From Escherichia phage vB_EcoM_CRJP21, in the sequence record OQ708376.1: a stretch of 64,000 nucleotides of DNA; one strand, given 5' to 3'. Made by a program: the position numbers and the translations under genes. Every line of letters begins with the position of its first letter. Within the stretch, counting starts at the first letter, position 1. Positions 63,924 through 64,000 of this stretch are shown here, piece by piece. The notes beneath the pieces were generated by a model that saw nothing but the letters and a program-made list of their open reading frames with translations, did not search any database and was not told the DNA's origin.

Positions 63924-64000
63924 GAACAGTATTTTTTATCTGGAGTCTTTTTTCATTGGCAGTACTGACAGTATGTGGGATTTGTTTCCTTTCATCAATT

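Noticed and set aside
1-64000. Integrated prophage, plasmid or transposon borders (integrase, transposase, att sites, IS inverted repeats)
   Set aside because: No integrase, recombinase or transposase-like ORF and no flanking host genes; uniform + strand phage-like organisation argues for a virulent phage segment.

Overview
This 64-kb window looks like part of a large virulent bacteriophage genome, with every supported gene on the + strand; no rRNA, tRNA, CRISPR array, integrase or transposase was found. All calls are by eye from sequence and the ORF track: no searches or statistics were run, and I could not assign the phage to a known genus. (1) 1-1650: non-coding, repeat-dense region (iterons, direct repeats, Chi-like octamers), possibly a genome end, origin or packaging region. 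(2) 1.65-20 kb: about 50 small genes (29-203 aa), most with their own sigma70-type promoter (TTGCAA/TTGACA, 16-17 bp, TATAAT, often an AGTACTG extended -10), a palindromic GGGGAA-nnn-TTCCCC leader hairpin and an RBS. Recognisable products are few: a TraR/DksA-type zinc finger, a GNAT-like protein, a protein-kinase-like protein and a Sec-signal-peptide protein. Repeated intergenic cassettes and a duplicated structured leader occur here. (3) 20.2-58.3 kb, the main finding: a giant, translationally coupled array of two apparently undescribed paralog families, about 32 small proteins with an LGTNYQEEYV-like core and about 54 larger acidic proteins with an EEYFQxS(L/T)V core, interrupted by only a few unrelated genes (one with a possible ADP-ribosyltransferase-like motif). 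(4) 58.3-64 kb: a GC-richer non-coding island, a phage-type N6-adenine DNA methyltransferase, an HxGH nucleotidyltransferase (NMNAT-like) and a third small tandem family. The hexamer AGTACT and the E. coli Chi octamer appear strongly over-represented by eye. Several track ORFs were re-started at internal ATG/GTG codons, and several sub-60-aa genes missing from the track were added.
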